From Mobula hypostoma (lineage: Eukaryota): DNA of 64,000 bases. This document shows, piece by piece, positions 63,741 through 64,000 of the stretch. Below the pieces are notes generated by a model. It was not told the origin of the DNA. It searched no databases and saw only the letters and a program-made list of their open reading frames with translations. Both the position numbers and the translations under genes were made by a program. The stretch is taken from positions 134,790,001-134,854,000 of the forward strand of contig NC_086097.1 in the NCBI RefSeq assembly GCF_963921235.1, given 5' to 3'. Every line of letters starts with the position of its first letter. Positions within the stretch are counted from its first letter, which is position 1.

Positions 63741-64000
63741 ATTGGAAAATGCAATTGCACACATTGTATTTTCTATGTATTACAGTATTTACTCAAATGC
63801 ACACACTGTATTCTCTACAATATTCTCTATGTAACCACTGTTAGCTTATTAGAAGGTATTCAGTATGTAGCCATGACTTTTGACCTGTTCACTATTAATT
63901 CATGAAGAAAACTAGAATGAAACCAAGTAGAAAGATAATGGTGGCAGGTAGGATGATGAAATATGTGGTAGCATGTCAATGCAAGACCAATTAAGAAATA

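Noticed and set aside
1..64000. CRISPR arrays, operons or other prokaryotic systems
   Set aside because: The sequence is intron-containing vertebrate DNA with no regularly spaced repeats.

Overview
Vertebrate genomic DNA that is rich in repeats. The repeat content (many CR1, Rex1/Babar and Penelope elements plus V-SINEs) suggests a cartilaginous fish, probably a ray or shark; this is inference. There are two host loci, both on the minus strand. (1) The 3' part of FAM91A1: 13 coding exons from 59634 down to the stop at 32092, all with canonical GT-AG sites and consistent phases (1537 coding nt); its 5' exons lie beyond the window. (2) An unprocessed CNDP-family (M20 carnosine dipeptidase) pseudogene at about 1595-4268, with a frameshift, a mutated splice donor and in-frame deletions. 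Most of the rest is transposon-derived: a very young CR1 with an uninterrupted ORF, older CR1s, Rex1/Babar, RTE and L1/Tx1 fragments, two Tc1 elements and V-SINEs. The most striking system is a Neptune-type Penelope-like element (PLE) family whose 3' UTR carries a minimal hammerhead ribozyme. It inserts as fold-back palindromes of widely different sizes (3.7 kb, 252 bp, older ~150-200 bp copies) or as a 104-bp solo ribozyme unit. The young copies have 13-14 bp target-site duplications and share a fixed end point. Coordinates were counted by hand, and protein assignments come from remembered family sequences, not database searches.
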